Shown: in pieces, positions 1-14,863 of the stretch
Position numbering within the stretch: position 1 is the first letter of the stretch
Layout: every line of letters begins with the position of its first letter
From: the human T2T-CHM13v2.0 reference genome, Homo sapiens
Assembly: GCF_009914755.1 (NCBI RefSeq)
Contig: NC_060932.1
Length of the DNA: 64,000 nucleotides
Direction: 5' to 3' (one strand)
Made by a program: the position numbers and the translations under genes
The notes under the pieces: model-generated
What the model saw: the letters and a program-made list of their open reading frames with translations, nothing else
Told to the model about the DNA's origin: nothing
Databases searched by the model: none

Positions 1-86
1 TGAGCCGAGATTGAGCCACTGCAGTCCGCAGTCCGGCCTGGGCGACAAAGCGAGACTCCGTCTCAAAAAAAAAAAAAAAAAAAAAA
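1..86 (+). mobile_element. 3' end of a young AluYb (Yb8/Yb9-type) with poly(A) tail, truncated by window edge
   Basis: Diagnostic 7-bp duplication GCAGTCC-GCAGTCC (21-34), intact CpGs, pure A22 tail followed by (TAA)n. Confidence 0.9.
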
Positions 87-2088
87 TAATAATAATAATA
101 ATCTTTTCACTAAAGATAATCTAGATTAATTGAATAAATCAGCTTGAATTAAAACTCATCAATGTGCAACATTTAGATACCTAGTACGATTTTTTTATAA
201 AGCAAATCATGCTTAGATAAACACAGACCTGATTTGTCTTTGTAAATACTGGGTTCTCTGCTATTGGCACAATATGAAACTGAGGCGTGGAGGTGTGTTG
301 CCTGCTGTAAATGGCTAATAGTTTTTAAAAGTGTTCAGTAACCAGATTTTCAAAGCACTGTTATTATGAGTTTGTCCTTTTGCCTCTCATTTTATTCTAG
401 GGGATTGGGCTGTGCAACCAGGGCTTTTCTAAAGCACCTAGAAGTTACAACCACACTCACTCTCCCCAGACCCTGGGTTTCTAATCTTAATTATTCCTCC
501 CAACACTTGCTGATACCTATGTTGAAATTTTCAAACCTGTCTTGTGTTGAGGCTTTATAATAAATAATTCTTAACTGAATCACCCTCAACATCTAGGATG
601 ATCTTTTGGGGAAAACATCTGTTTCGGCATGATCCCCTAAGATTTTCTCCAGGGTTACTTTTAGAGCCACTTGTTTAAAGATTCAAACATGTGATCAGTG
701 TCACTATTCATATTTGTTAAAAAGAACTTTTATTATTGTTCATATGTAGACAAATAGCAGAACCAATTTTCAATAAAAACATTTGTCAACACCATGGAGA
801 CACAGGATGTCACTGAACGATTTTGCTAAACATATCTATGCAAAAAATTTCTCTTTCCTATTTCCTCACCAACACAAGCTTGGCTTCAGGATTAGTTTCG
901 AACTCAAGGACTTTGCAAGATTGCTTAAGTATAGAAGATTGTCATTAATACCTTTGCTTCAGAATAGTCCACCTAGACCACTCACAATCATATTCTAAAA
1001 TGCAAGCATCTTGGTAATGACAAAGCAAAAATCATTAGTAGAAATACAAAATGAAAATAGAAAAGGATTCAAAGCGTACGACTACAGAAAATGATCAAAC
1101 CATGAAGGAAGACAGGATAAGAGGAAGAAAGAAATGAAGTATTTCCAAAACAACTAACAAAATGGCATGAGCAAGTATTTACCTATCAGTAAGTACCACG
1201 AATGTAAATTTAAATTCTCCAGTAAAAAGACACAGTGACTGAATGGATAAAACAAAATAGAAAAACAAAAACAAAACAAGACCCAACTATATCCTGCCTA
1301 CAAGACACTAACTTTTAAGGAAACAAATAGACTGAAAGTGATGGAATGGGAAGAGATATTTCATGCAAAGGAAACCCAATGAGAGTAGGGATACTTGTTT
1401 CAGATAAAATAGACCTTAACTCAAAAACTATAAAAATAGACAAAGACATTATCCAATGATAAAAGGTCAATTCATCCAGAGGATATAACAATTGTAGATA
1501 TATAAGCACCCAACATTAGAGGACCTAAACATATAATACAAATACTAAGGGACCTGAAAGGAGAGTAGATCACAGTATAATAATAATAGGGGACTTCCAT
1601 ACCTCATTTCACAATGGATAGAGCATCCAGATGGAAAGTTAATAAGGAAATACTGGACTTGAACAACACTTTAGACCAAATAGATCTAACAGACATATGC
1701 AGAACATTCCATATAACAGCAACAGATATACATTCTTCTTAAGTACACGAAACATTCTTCAGGATAAATTGTATTAGGGCACAAATCAAACCTTAGCAAA
1801 TTTTGAAAGACTGAAATTATATCAAGTATTTTTTCTAACCATAATGGTATGAAACTAGAAATCAATGCCAGGAGTAATTTCAGAAAATTCACAAATGCGT
1901 GGAAATTAAATAACATACTCCAAAATAATCATTAAGTCAATGAAGAAATTAAAAGGGAAATTTAAAAAAAAATCTTGATCTTGAGACAATCAAAAATGGG
2001 AACAACACACAGAAACTTCTGTGATACAGCAAAAGCAGGTCTAAGAGTAGAGTTTACAGCAATAAATGCCTACATCAAAAAAGAAGAT

Positions 2089-2452
<364 letters not shown>

Positions 2453-2944
2453 TTAGCAGAAGGAATGAAATAATAAAGAGCAGAAATAAATAAAATAGAT
2501 ACAAAAAAATACAAAAGATCAATGAAACAGAGGTGGTTTATTGAAAGGATAAAATTCACAAACCTTTAGGTAGACTAAGAGAAAAGAGAGAATACCCAAA
2601 TAAAGTCAGAAATGAAAGAGGAGACATTACAACTGATACCACAGAAATAAAAGATCATAGGAGACTACTATGAACAATTAGATACCAATAAGTTAGGTAA
2701 CTTAAAAGAAATGGATAAATTACTAGACATGTACATCCTAAAAAGACTAAATCATATAGAAATAGAAAATGTGGACAGACCAACAATCAGTATGGAGATT
2801 GAATCAGTAACAAAAAGTCTCCTACAAAGAAAAGGCCAGGACCTGATGCCTTCACTGCTAAATTCTACAAAACATTTGAAGAACTAATACTAACGCTTCT
2901 CAAAGTTTTCCAAAAAAAACAAAGAGAAGAAATTAAAAAAAAAA

Positions 2945-3240
2945 TTTTTTTTGGACAGGGTCTCACTGTTGCCTAGATTGGACTGCAGTGGCAGATCATG
3001 ACTCACTGCAGCCTGAAACTTTTGGGTTCAAGCAATCCTGCCACTTCAGCCTCAATCAGCCTCCCAAGTAGCTGGGACTTCAGGTGCATGCCAACATGCC
3101 TGGCTAAGTTTTCACTGTTTTAGAGACTGGGGTCTTGCTTTGTTTTCCAGGCTGGTCTCCATTCCTTGGCCTCAAGTGATCCTTCAGCCTTGGCCTCCCA
3201 AAGTGCTGGGATTACAGGCATAAGCCACTGCATGCAGCTG
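2945..3240 (-). mobile_element. AluJ-type SINE
   Basis: Poly-T followed by reverse-complement Alu. Confidence 0.9.
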
Positions 3241-4083
3241 AGGAAGGCTATTTCAAAACTATTTTTTATGAGGCCAGAATTAACCTGATACCAAAGCCAG
3301 ACAAGCACATTACAAGAGGGAATATTTCAAAACTATTTTTATGAGGCCAGAATTACTTTGGTACCAAAGCCAGACAAAGCACATTACAAAAAAAAAGAAA
3401 AAAGAAAAGAAAATTGCAGGCCAATATCCTTGATGAACACAGAGTCAATAGCCCTAAACAAAATACTAGCAAACCAAATTCAACAACACATTAAAAAGAT
3501 CATCATCACGATCATGTGGAATTTATCTCTGGCATGAAAGCACGGTTCAAGGTATGCTAATCAATAAATGCGATACATCATATTAACAGAATGAAGAGCA
3601 AAAACCATACCATCACCTCATTACACACAGAAAAAGCATTTGCCAAAACTCAACATCTTTTCATAATAAAAACTGTCACCAAATTAGGTATAGAAGGAAT
3701 GTGCCTCAACACAATAAAGGCCATATATGAGAAGCCTACAGCTAACATTATACTCAATGGTGAAAAAATCAAAAGTCTCTCCTCTAAGATCTGGAACAAA
3801 ACAAGAATGCCCATTCTCACCACTTCTATTCAATGTAGTATTGGAAGTCCTTGCCAGAGCAATTAGGCAAGAGAAAGAAAGAAAAGGCATCCAAATAGGA
3901 AAGAAAGAAGTAGAATTGTCATTGTTTGTTGGCAACATGATCTTCAACAAACTATCTAAAAGGGAAATCAATAGAATAATCTTCTGATAGTTACAAAAAA
4001 TAAAATAAAACATTTAGGACTAAATCAAGAAAGTGAAAAACCTGTACACTAAATGTTGTAAAACACTAATGGAAAAATATTGA

Positions 4084-4436
<353 letters not shown>

Positions 4437-4675
4437 AGATTAGAATATTGTTAAAATGTCCATACTGCCTGAAGCAATCTGCAAATTCAATGCAATCCCT
4501 ATCAAACTTCCAATGTTGTTTTTCTTAGAAACATAAAAGACAATCCTCAAATACAAATGGAAATACAAAACACCCTGAATAACCAGGGCAATTATGAGCA
4601 GAAAGAACAAAGCTAGAGGCATCACACTATCTGATTTTAAACTAGTATTTCGAACTATACTAAAAAGTGATGTAG

Positions 4676-7600
4676 AGTCTGAGGAAGATGGCAGATAGGA
4701 GACAGAGCTAATGTGCAGCTACCACTTAAATGACCAGAACAGTGTGTGGTGACTCACGCCATGAACTTTTGCTCCAAGAACCACGCCTGAAATGTACCAG
4801 GAAAACCAAAAGAAATCATAGATCCTTTGAAAGAAGTGGCACACCACTGCAAATTCCACGAGAGAGGCAAAAAACTGTGAGTTCCCAAAGCATGAGAGGG
4901 AGAAAACCTGCCTCTGGACACACAACCCCCACTGGGGAATCTGAAAATCCAGATCATGGGAGAAGAATTTCACCTTATCTAGAGCTGATTTAGGGAGCCA
5001 CATGAAATGTAAAAGTAGAAGCAGCAGCGTGAAGAGTCTTGTAGGCACTCCCAGTCTCCAGCCGGAGCCCAGGGAAGCCATTCCTGACTATATCTCACAG
5101 GGACCCTCAGGGAAGGCAGCCAGTGGAATTACAGAGGGGTCACAGGGTGAAAGAAGCTTCCAACTGAAATTTGTAATAATTTTGACTGGACATGAATTTT
5201 CTTGAGCAGAATCCAAGGAGTGAATGGGAACTGCTACAGATACGAGTGAAGGAGCTGCCTCTGACATTGGGGCAGATGGGGAGGGGCAAGACCTGAAAGC
5301 TGCGCTTCCTTTCTCAGCAGGGAAGTTTACAGCATGGGACAAGGTCTGACAGGGGTAATGTGGGAGCGAGACTGGCCTAGCCAACTGCCTGGGAGTTAGG
5401 TGGGGCCTTTTGCTACCTGCTATCCCCCACTTTCCTGGTGAGCTATATGGTACAGCAGAGGCAGCCATAATCCCCTCTGGAACATAACCCCATTGGCCTG
5501 AGAACCACTACCCATCCCCAACAGTGGCCGTGGGAAGCCCCTCCTAAGGACAGTCTGAGCTCAGACTCACCTATCCTTGCCCCCATCTGATGGTATTTCT
5601 CTACCTGCCCTGGTAGCCAAACACAAAAGATATAAACTCTTGGGAGCTTTTTATGGCCCTGGACATCACCTGAGAAACCAGAATACTTACCCAAGCCAAC
5701 TTAAGGCAAGATTATATGTCCCTACTACTACTGAAGCTGGTGCTCTCTAGAAAGTGCCATGTACTGGCTGGAGGCCAACCAACTCAGGCCATTACAGCAA
5801 CTCATGACAGAATAACCCTGATCCCAGGGAGAAGGGAGAAAACAACAGCTAATTGTACTGCCTGCAACATCCTGGCTAACCAGGTGTCCTGAGTCTGTCC
5901 ATGTGACAACTTCACTGCTAGCATAACCAGCATTTGAGAAAGCCAGTATACTAAACATATCTACAACCAAAGACTCTCAGAGCCTACTTCACTCCCCTGC
6001 CACCTCCATCAGAGCAAGTGCTGGTATTCACAGCTGAAAGACCCAAAGATGGATCATATCACAGGACTCTTTGCAGACATTCCCCAGCACCAGCCTGGAG
6101 CCTGGTAGCTCTGCTGGGTGGCTAGACCCAGAAAAGCAATAACAATTACTGCAGTCAGGCTCTCAGGAAGCCCCACTCCTAGGGGATGGGGGAGAGCATC
6201 ACATCAAGGGGATAACCCTATTGGACAAAATAATCTGAAGTAGGCCTTGAGTTCCAGAGCTTTCCACTAAAATAGCCTACCCAAGTGAGAAGGAACCAGA
6301 AAAGTAATTCTGGTAATATGACAAAACAGGGTTCTATAACATCCCCAGAAGATCACACTAGCTCATCAGCAATGGATCCAAACCAGGAATAAATCTCAGA
6401 ATTGCCAGATAAAGAATTCAGAAGATTGATTATTAAGCTACTCAAGGTGATACCAGAGAAAAGTGAAAACTAAAAGAAATATAAAAAACAATGCAGAATA
6501 TGGATGAAAAAGTCTCCAGAGAAATAGATTTCATAAAGAAAGTACAATCACAGCCTCAGGAAATGAAAGCCACATTTCATTATATGAGAAATATAAAATG
6601 CACTGGAAAGTTTCAACAATAGACTAGAACAAGTAGAAGAAAGAATTTCAGAGCTTGAAGACAAGGCTTTCAAATTAACTCAATCAGACAAAGAAAAAGA
6701 AAAAAATTTTTAAAAAAATGAATCAAGCCTCCAAGATATTTCGGATTATGTTAAATGGCCAAACCTAAGAATAATTGGTGTTCCTGAGGAAGAAGAGAAA
6801 TCTAAAAGTTTGGAAAGCTTATTTGAGGCAATAATTGTGGAAAACTTTCCTGACCTTGCTAGAGATCTAGACATCCAAATGCAAGAAGTTCAAAGAACAC
6901 CTGAGAAGTTCATCACAAAAAGTTCATCACCTAGGCACATAGTCATCAGGTTATCTAAAGCCAAGACGAAGGCAAAAATCTTAAAAGCTGTGAGACAAAC
7001 ATATCAGGTAATCTATAAAGTTAAAGGAAAACTTTAACAGCAGGTTTCTCAGCAGAAACCTGACAAGCTAGAAGGGATTGGGGTTCTATCTTTAGCCTCC
7101 TGAAACAGAATAATTGTCAGTCAAGAACTTTGTATCCAGCAAAACTAAGCTTCCTAAGTCAAGAAAAGAAAGTCTTTTTCAGACAAACAAATGCTGAGAG
7201 GACTCACCGCTACTAAGCCAGCGCTACAGGAAATGCTAAAAGGAGTTCTAAATCTTGAAACAAAACCTCGAAATACACCAAAATAGAACCTCATTAAAGC
7301 ATAAATGCCAGAGGGCCTATAAAACAATAACACAATGAAAGAAAATCAAGATATTTAGGCAACAGAGTAGTACCTCACATCTCAATATTAACATTGAATG
7401 TAAATGGCCAAAATGCTCTAATTAAAAGATACAGAATGGTGGAATGGATAAAAATTCACCAACCAAGTATCTGCTGTCTCCGAGAGACTCACCTAACACA
7501 TAAGGACTCACATAAACTTAAGTAAAGGGGTGGAAAAAGATATTGCAGGCAAATGGAAACCAAAGGCAATCAGGAGTAGCTATTCTTATATCAGACAAAA

Positions 7601-10600
7601 GACTTTAAAAGAACAACAGTTTAAAAGGACAAACGGACATTATATAATGATATAAGGGTGAGTCCAACAAAAAAATATCACAATCCTAAATATATATGTA
7701 CCTAATACTGGAGCTCCCAAATTTATAAAACAATTACTACTAGACCCAAGAAATGAGATAGACAGCAACACAAAAATAATGGGGGACTTCAGTACTCCAC
7801 TGACAGCACTAGACAGGTCATCAAGATAGAAGTCAACAAAGAAACAATGAACTTAAAGTATACCTCAGAATGGACTTAACTGATATTTATAGAACATTCT
7901 ATCCAATAATGCAGACTATACATACATTCATCAGCACGTTTTTTTATCAGCACATGGAACATTCTCCAAGATAGACCGTATGATAGGCCACAAAACAAGT
8001 CCCAGTAAATTTAAGAAAATCAAAATTATATCAAGTATCTTTTCAGACTACAGTGGAATAAAACTGGAAATTAACTCCAAAAAGAGCACTCAAAACTATA
8101 CAAATACATGGAAATTAAATAATCTGCTCTTGAATGATCTTTGGGCCAACAATGAAATCAAGATGGAAATTTAAAAATTATTCGAACTGAAAAATATTAG
8201 TGCCACAACTTTATCAAAACCTCTAGGATACAGCAAAAGCAATGCTAAGAGGAAAGTTCATAGCCCTAAATGCCAACATCAAAAAGTCTGAACGAGCACA
8301 AATAGACAATTAAAGTCACACCTCAGGGAACTAGAGAAACAAGAACAAACCAAACCCAAGCCTAGCAGAAGAAAAGAAACACCAAAAATTGGAGCAGAAG
8401 TAAATAAAATTGAAACAACAACAAAAACAAACATAAATGCAACAAAAGCTATTTTTTTGAAAAGATAAACATCGATAGACCATTAGCGAGATTAACCAAG
8501 AAAAGAAGATCCAAATAGGCTCAATTAGAAATGAAACAGGAGACATTACAACCGATATCACAGAAATACAAAAGATCATTCAAGGCTACTATTAACATCT
8601 TTATGCACACAGACTAGAACATCTAGAGGAGATGGATAAATTCCTGGAAATATACGACCCTCCTAGATTAAATCAGGAAGAAACAGAAACTCTGAACAGA
8701 CCAATAACAAGTAGTGAGATTGAAACAGTAGTAAAATAAATTGCCAACAAAAAAAGTCCAGGAACAGACGGATTCACAGCTGAATTCTATCAGACATTCC
8801 AAGAAGAATTGGTACCAATCTTACTGAAACTATTATAAAAGATAGTGAAAGAGGGAATCCTCTCTAAATCACTCTATGAAGCCAGTATCACCCTAATACC
8901 AAAACTAGTAAAGGATGTAACAAAAAAAGAAAACTACAGATCAATATCTTTGATGAACACAGATGGAAAAATCCTCAACAAAATACTAGCTAACTGAATC
9001 CAACAGCATATCAAAAAGGTAACACACCATGATCAAGCGGGTTTCATACCAGGGATGCAGGGATGGTTTAACATACACAAATCAACAATTGCGATATATC
9101 ACATAAACAATTAAAAACAAAAATCATATGATCATCTCAATAGATGCAGAAAAGCATTTGACAAAATCCAGTATCCTTTTATGATTAAAACCCTCAGCAA
9201 GATTGACACAGAAGGGACATACCTCAAGGTAATAATGACAATCTATGACAGACCCACAGCCAACATTATACTGAATGGGGAAAAGTTGAAAGTATTTCCC
9301 CTGAGAACTAGAACAAGGTAAGAATGCCCACTTTCATCACTACTATTCAATATAGTACTGGAAGTCTAGCCAGAGCAATCTGACAAGAGAAAGAAATAAA
9401 GGGCATCCAAGGCAGTAAAGAGGAATTCAAACTGTTGCTGTTTAACGATGATATGATCATGTACCTTGAAAACCCTAAAGACTCATCCAAAAAGCTCCTA
9501 GATCTGATAATGAATTCAGTAAAATCTCAGGATACAAAATCAATTGCACAAACCAGTAGTTCTGCTGTACACCAACAATGACCAAGCTGAGAATCAAATC
9601 AAGAACTGAATCCCTTTTATGACAGCTGCAAAACAAACAAACCCCCAAAACTTAGGAATATACCTAACCAAGGAGGTAAAAGATCTCTATAAGGAAAACT
9701 ACAAAACAATGCTGAAAGAAATCATGGATGACACAAACAAATGGAAACACATTTCATGCTCACGGATGGGTAGAATCAATATTGGGAAAATGACCATACT
9801 GCCAAAAGCAATCTACAGATTCAATGCAATTCCCATCAAAATACCACCATCATTCTTCACAGAACTAGTAAAAACAATCCTAAAATTCATACGGATCCAT
9901 AAAAAGAGCTCACATAGCCAATGCAACACTAAGGAAAAAGAACAAATCTGGAGGAATCACATTACCCAACTTCAAACTAGGCTATAGTTACCAAAACAGC
10001 AAGATCGTGGTAGAAAAATAGGCACACAGACCAGTGGAACAGAATAGAGAAACCCAGAAATAAAGCCAGATACTTACAGCCAACTGTTCTTAAACAAAGC
10101 AAACAAAAACATAAAGTAGGGAAAGGACACCCTATTCAACAAATGGTGCTGGGATGATTGGCAAGTCACATGTAGAAGAATGAGACTGGATCCCCATCTC
10201 TCACTTCATACAAAAATCAACTCAAGATGGATCAAAGACTTAAATCTAGGACCTGACACCATAAAAATTCTAGAAGATAACATCAGAAAAACTCTTCTAG
10301 ACATTGGCTTAGGCAAAGAGTTCATGACCAAGAACCCAAAAGCGAATGTAACAAAGAAAAAATAAATAGATGGGACCTAATTAAACTAAAAAGCTTCTGC
10401 ACAGCAAAAGAAATAATCAGAGTAAACAGACAACCCACAGAGTAGGAGAAAATATTCACAAACTATGTATCCAACAAAGGACTAATAACCAGATTTACAA
10501 CAAATTCAAACAAATTAGCAAGAAAAAAACAATTCCATCAAAAAGTGGGCAAAGGACATGAATAGAAAATTCTCAAAAGAAGATACATGAATAGCCAATA

Positions 10601-11350
10601 AACATGAAAAAATCCCCAACATCACTGATTGTCAGGGAAATACAAATTAAAACCACAATGAGATACCACCTCACTCCTGCAAGAATGGCCATAATTAAAA
10701 AAAAAAATAGATGTTGATGTGGATGTTGTGAAAGGGAACTTTTACACTGCTGGTGTGAATGTAAACTAGTACAACTACTATGGAAAACAGTATGGAGATT
10801 CCTTAATAAACTAAAACTACCATTTGATCTAGCAGTCCTACTACCGGGTATCTGCCCAGAGGAAAAGAAGTCATTATATGAAAAAGACACTTGCACACGC
10901 ATGTTTATAGCAACACAATTTGCAATTACAAAAATATGGAACCAGCCTAAATGCCCATCAACCAACATGTTGATAAGGAAAATGTGGTATATTTATACCA
11001 TGGAATACTACTCAGCCATAAAAAGGAATAAAATAATGGCATTTGCAACAAACTGGATGGAGCTTGAGACCATTTTTGTAAGTGAAGTAACTCAGGAATG
11101 GAAAACCAAGTATCGTATATCTTCACTTACAAGTGGGAACTAAGCTATGAGGATGCAAAGGCATAAGAATGACATAATGGATTTTGGGGACTCAGGGAAG
11201 GATAGGAGGGGAGTGAGGTATAAAAAACTACACATCGGGTACACTGTACACTGCTCACGTGGGAAGTGCACCAAAATTTCAGAAATCACCACCACATAAC
11301 TTATCCATGTGACCCAAACCATCTGTTCCCTAAAATCTATTGAAAAAAAA
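4676..11350 (+). mobile_element. Near full-length L1PB-type LINE-1 (about 6.7 kb; 5'UTR, ORF1, ORF2, 3'UTR, short A tail), inactive
   Basis: Begins with YY1-type AAGATGGC; ORF1 peptide ENFPDLARDLDIQMQE...PRHIVIRLSK; ORF2 fragments 7980-11143 broken by stops and frameshifts; 3'UTR resembles L1PB. Confidence 0.92.
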
Positions 11351-12648
11351 AGTGTTAGTAATCACACTTGTAATCGCAGCACTTTGGGATACTGAGGCAG
11401 GAGCATCGCTCAAGGTGAGGAGTTTGACACTGGCTTGGGCAATATAGTAAGACCCCTGGCTCCCTGTGTATATATTTTAAAAAACAAAAGTAAGCATGGT
11501 ACTTGCAAAACAAACAAACAAAAACACCAAGTACATATGAAACAGAATAGAGAGCCCATAAATGAACCCAGGTATACACATGGTCAATTGCTTTTCCACA
11601 AAGGTGCCAAGAATATACAATGGGAAAAGAATAGTCTCTTCAATAAATGGTGCTAGGAAAACTAGATACCCACATGCAGAATGAAATTGGACCTTCATCT
11701 TACCTATATGCAAAAATCAACTCAAAATAGATTAAGGACTTAAATGTAAGACCAGAAACTGTAACACTACTAAAGGAAACATAATGGAAAAACTGCCAAT
11801 TGAAACCACAGTATGATGTCATCTTACACCTGTCACAATGGCTATCATAACAAAAACAAAAGATAACAAATGTTGGCAAGGATGTGGAGAAAAGGGAATC
11901 AGTATACACTGTTAAGAATGTAAATTAGTACAGCCATTAAGGAAAACTGAAGTTCTTCAAAAAACTAAAATAGAATTACCATATGATCCAGCAATCCCAC
12001 TTCTGAGAATTCAACCCAAAGATTTGAAATCAGTGTGTCGAAGAGATTTGAAATCAGTGTGTCGAAGAGATGTTTGCAGCCCTGTGTTCACTGTAGCACT
12101 AAATTTACAATAACCAAGTTATGGAATCAACCTAATGTCTATCAGCAGATGAATGGCTAAAGAAAATGTGGAAAATGGGGTATATATACACAATGGAATA
12201 CTATTCAGCCTTTAAAAAAGACATTCTGTCATTTGTGACAACATGGATGAAACTGAAGAACATTATGCTAAGTGAAGTAAATCAGACACAGAAAGACAAA
12301 TATGGCACATACTTACTTATATATGGAATCTAAAACAAACTCACAGAATCAGAGTGTAGAATGACGGTTACAAAGGCTCAGGGCTGAGAGGAATGGGGAG
12401 ATGATGGTCAAAGGGTGTAAAATATGGCAGAAGGAATTTTTTAGTTCTACTGCACAGCATGGTAAATATAGTTAATAACAGCATTATACATTTCAAAACT
12501 AAATTTCCATGTTCTCATCACAAAAAATGTTAAGTGTTTGAGGTGATGGATGTTAACTAGCTTAATTATTCCATTATACTCATAAATCATAACACCATTT
12601 TGTACCCCCACGTACAATTATAAATTGTCAATTTACAGTTAAAAAAAA
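11351..12648 (+). mobile_element. 3' part of the old L1 (L1MA-like), resuming after the L1PB insertion; includes an Alu monomer fragment at about 11360-11470
   Basis: ORF2 C-terminal remnants (KNSLFNKWC), L1 3'UTR and A tail at 12641-12648. Confidence 0.85.
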
Positions 12649-13174
12649 TGCAGGAGGCATTTTGTGGAGGGAAAGACTAAACCCCAGAGTAGCAAAGCAA
12701 CTAATTCATGGTCCCCCCGGGTTTAAGACAGAGCCATGAGCCTTGTCCAGGTGTGGGTCCCTACAGGATTCCCATCATGCTTTGAAGCTCGACTTGAGCC
12801 CAGGTGATAATGGCAGGCTCTGCAGGATCTGGAAGCCAGTACAGACTTTCCTCAGCACATTTGAGAGCAGGATGTAGGGCTCATAATTTATAATCATACT
12901 TGTGTGTATATGTGCTTCTGTGTATATATTAGCCCTTGGTAATGACATGTCAAGGGCTTTTTTTTTTCTTTGCCTAAACACAGTGTATGCTGCAGAAAAC
13001 AAAGTGCTATAGTAATTCAGTGAACAGAAAATTCTACAGGCAAATACGGTGGGAAACACTGCATATTATATCCAACATTCTTGGTGCACCAGGAAACACG
13101 TTTGCATATTAAGGACTGAACGGTCCCATAATAAAGAGACACCTTTAGGTTAGTTTAATCCAGTGATTCCCAGA

Positions 13175-13396
13175 TTTATTTGGTTATGACCATCTATCCC
13201 CCCAGTAGTCCTCACCAATATTCTGTGGAACAAATCTGTTTATTTGCAGAACACAATTTTGAAAAGGGTTATTCTGAATGTCTATGAAGTGTTTTAAATA
13301 TGGTACATTTTAATGAGGTTATATACCAAAATAGCCTAATCACCAACAATGACAGAAACATCCAGGATACAACTTGTGAAAGTAAAAATTTTTATT
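13175..13396 (-). terminator. Cluster of candidate polyadenylation signals (AATAAA on minus strand)
   Basis: TTTATT on + at 13391-13396, 13239-13244 and 13175-13180. Confidence 0.65.
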
Positions 13397-14863
13397 TTGA
13401 TTGATTTCTCAATGTATAGTTCAGTATAATGCCAGTTTTTAATGGCAAAAATTTGGTTCCACTGAAACTCCATAATGCTACAGAGAGCTACTACTTTTTC
13501 CAGGAAGTAGGTTAACAGCTAGAAAGAAAAAGGACAATTTCCTAGCAGCATGGCAACTTAAACTGCAGATCTAATAGGTCTGCAACTTTTACACTAAAAA
13601 TGGCACAAACAGCTGGTGACACAAGTGAGAAATGGGGAACAAGATGTGAACACTGAAAAGAACAATATATATACTGTAAATATGATGAATAAACCAAATG
13701 TAGCTATAAGAATCTTAAAGGATGATTATAGAAAAGGGAACCAAATATTTTCCTCAAATGCTTTTTAGAGCCTTTCTGTAGCGATACAAATATATATATA
13801 TATATTTATCCAAAAATATGTTTTATACAGATAAATGTTTCTCAATTAAAGATGGGACCAAAGCTATAGGTATAACATAAAGCACATTGTCTTTTGTAAG
13901 ACTATTTATCCACCTGAATTTTCAATTTCTTTAAAGTTAGTGCATTAAATGTTTTCCAAATATAATTACCTGTCAGTCTTTTTATAGATATAAATCAAGT
14001 AGGCATTATGTTTTAAAAGTGTTTGCAGGTTAAACTTTTCTAAGATGCTGTGCATATTAAACTTATTATGAGCCCCATTAAGAATCATTATTAATAAACA
14101 TATCAAAAAGGGCTATATGTCAGATTTTCCTGTTCATAGTAAATATTTTCTGATTTCCAGTTTACAAGTATTGAAAATGCACAAGAAAGATTTTACTTCA
14201 CAAGTACTTTTAAGAATATACTTTGATTTAATATGTATGTTAGTAAAACTCCACGTGTTGTAACCATTATTATGTTTTTGTTTTTAAAATGGGGATGTAA
14301 TACTAATAACCACTACCTATAAAATAAAGCACACAATTGTTCCGGTGATTTTACAAATCTTTTTTTCCAGGTGTAAAGTCTACAAAAATTCCAAAAAATT
14401 AGAGAACACTGAAAACATATTAAAGTTTGACATCCAACTTTATAGTATTTCCATGTTACCCTGAAAGATAACTTAAAAAATATGGCCTTCTTAGAACAGG
14501 CCACTCTGCTATTATAAAAAATTGGTGACAGCAAGAAATTGTATCACTGATATGTGGAATTTTTGTAAATAGTTTTCTCTCCAAATCATTAGAAAAATGT
14601 TCAAAAATAAAAACAAAATAAAATATGGTGGTGGTCCCTAAACTATTTTGAAGGCAGGTAGCTTAGTCTAAGCTAAAATATTTTTTTCATTCATAGCAAT
14701 AATCCTCCCCTCAAATGCCCTTTAAAAAAATGCATGAAACCGTACAATAGCAAAAATCAAAGAGCACAGACTGTATTTTCAAGAACAGAAAAATCTCTAA
14801 TGCTGAAAGATATAGTAGAAAGCAGATTTCTTTGGGGACATTAATCAATTAGTTTATAATTCA
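13370..14863 (-). other. TRAM1: TRAM1 3'UTR (AU-rich; 3' end approximate)
   Basis: Follows the stop codon; AT-rich sequence with no obvious transposon, running to minus-strand AATAAA hexamers. Confidence 0.8.

Noticed and set aside
6810-11143. Retrotransposition-competent L1
   Set aside because: ORF1 and ORF2 are broken by many stops and frameshifts, and the 5'UTR CpGs have decayed.
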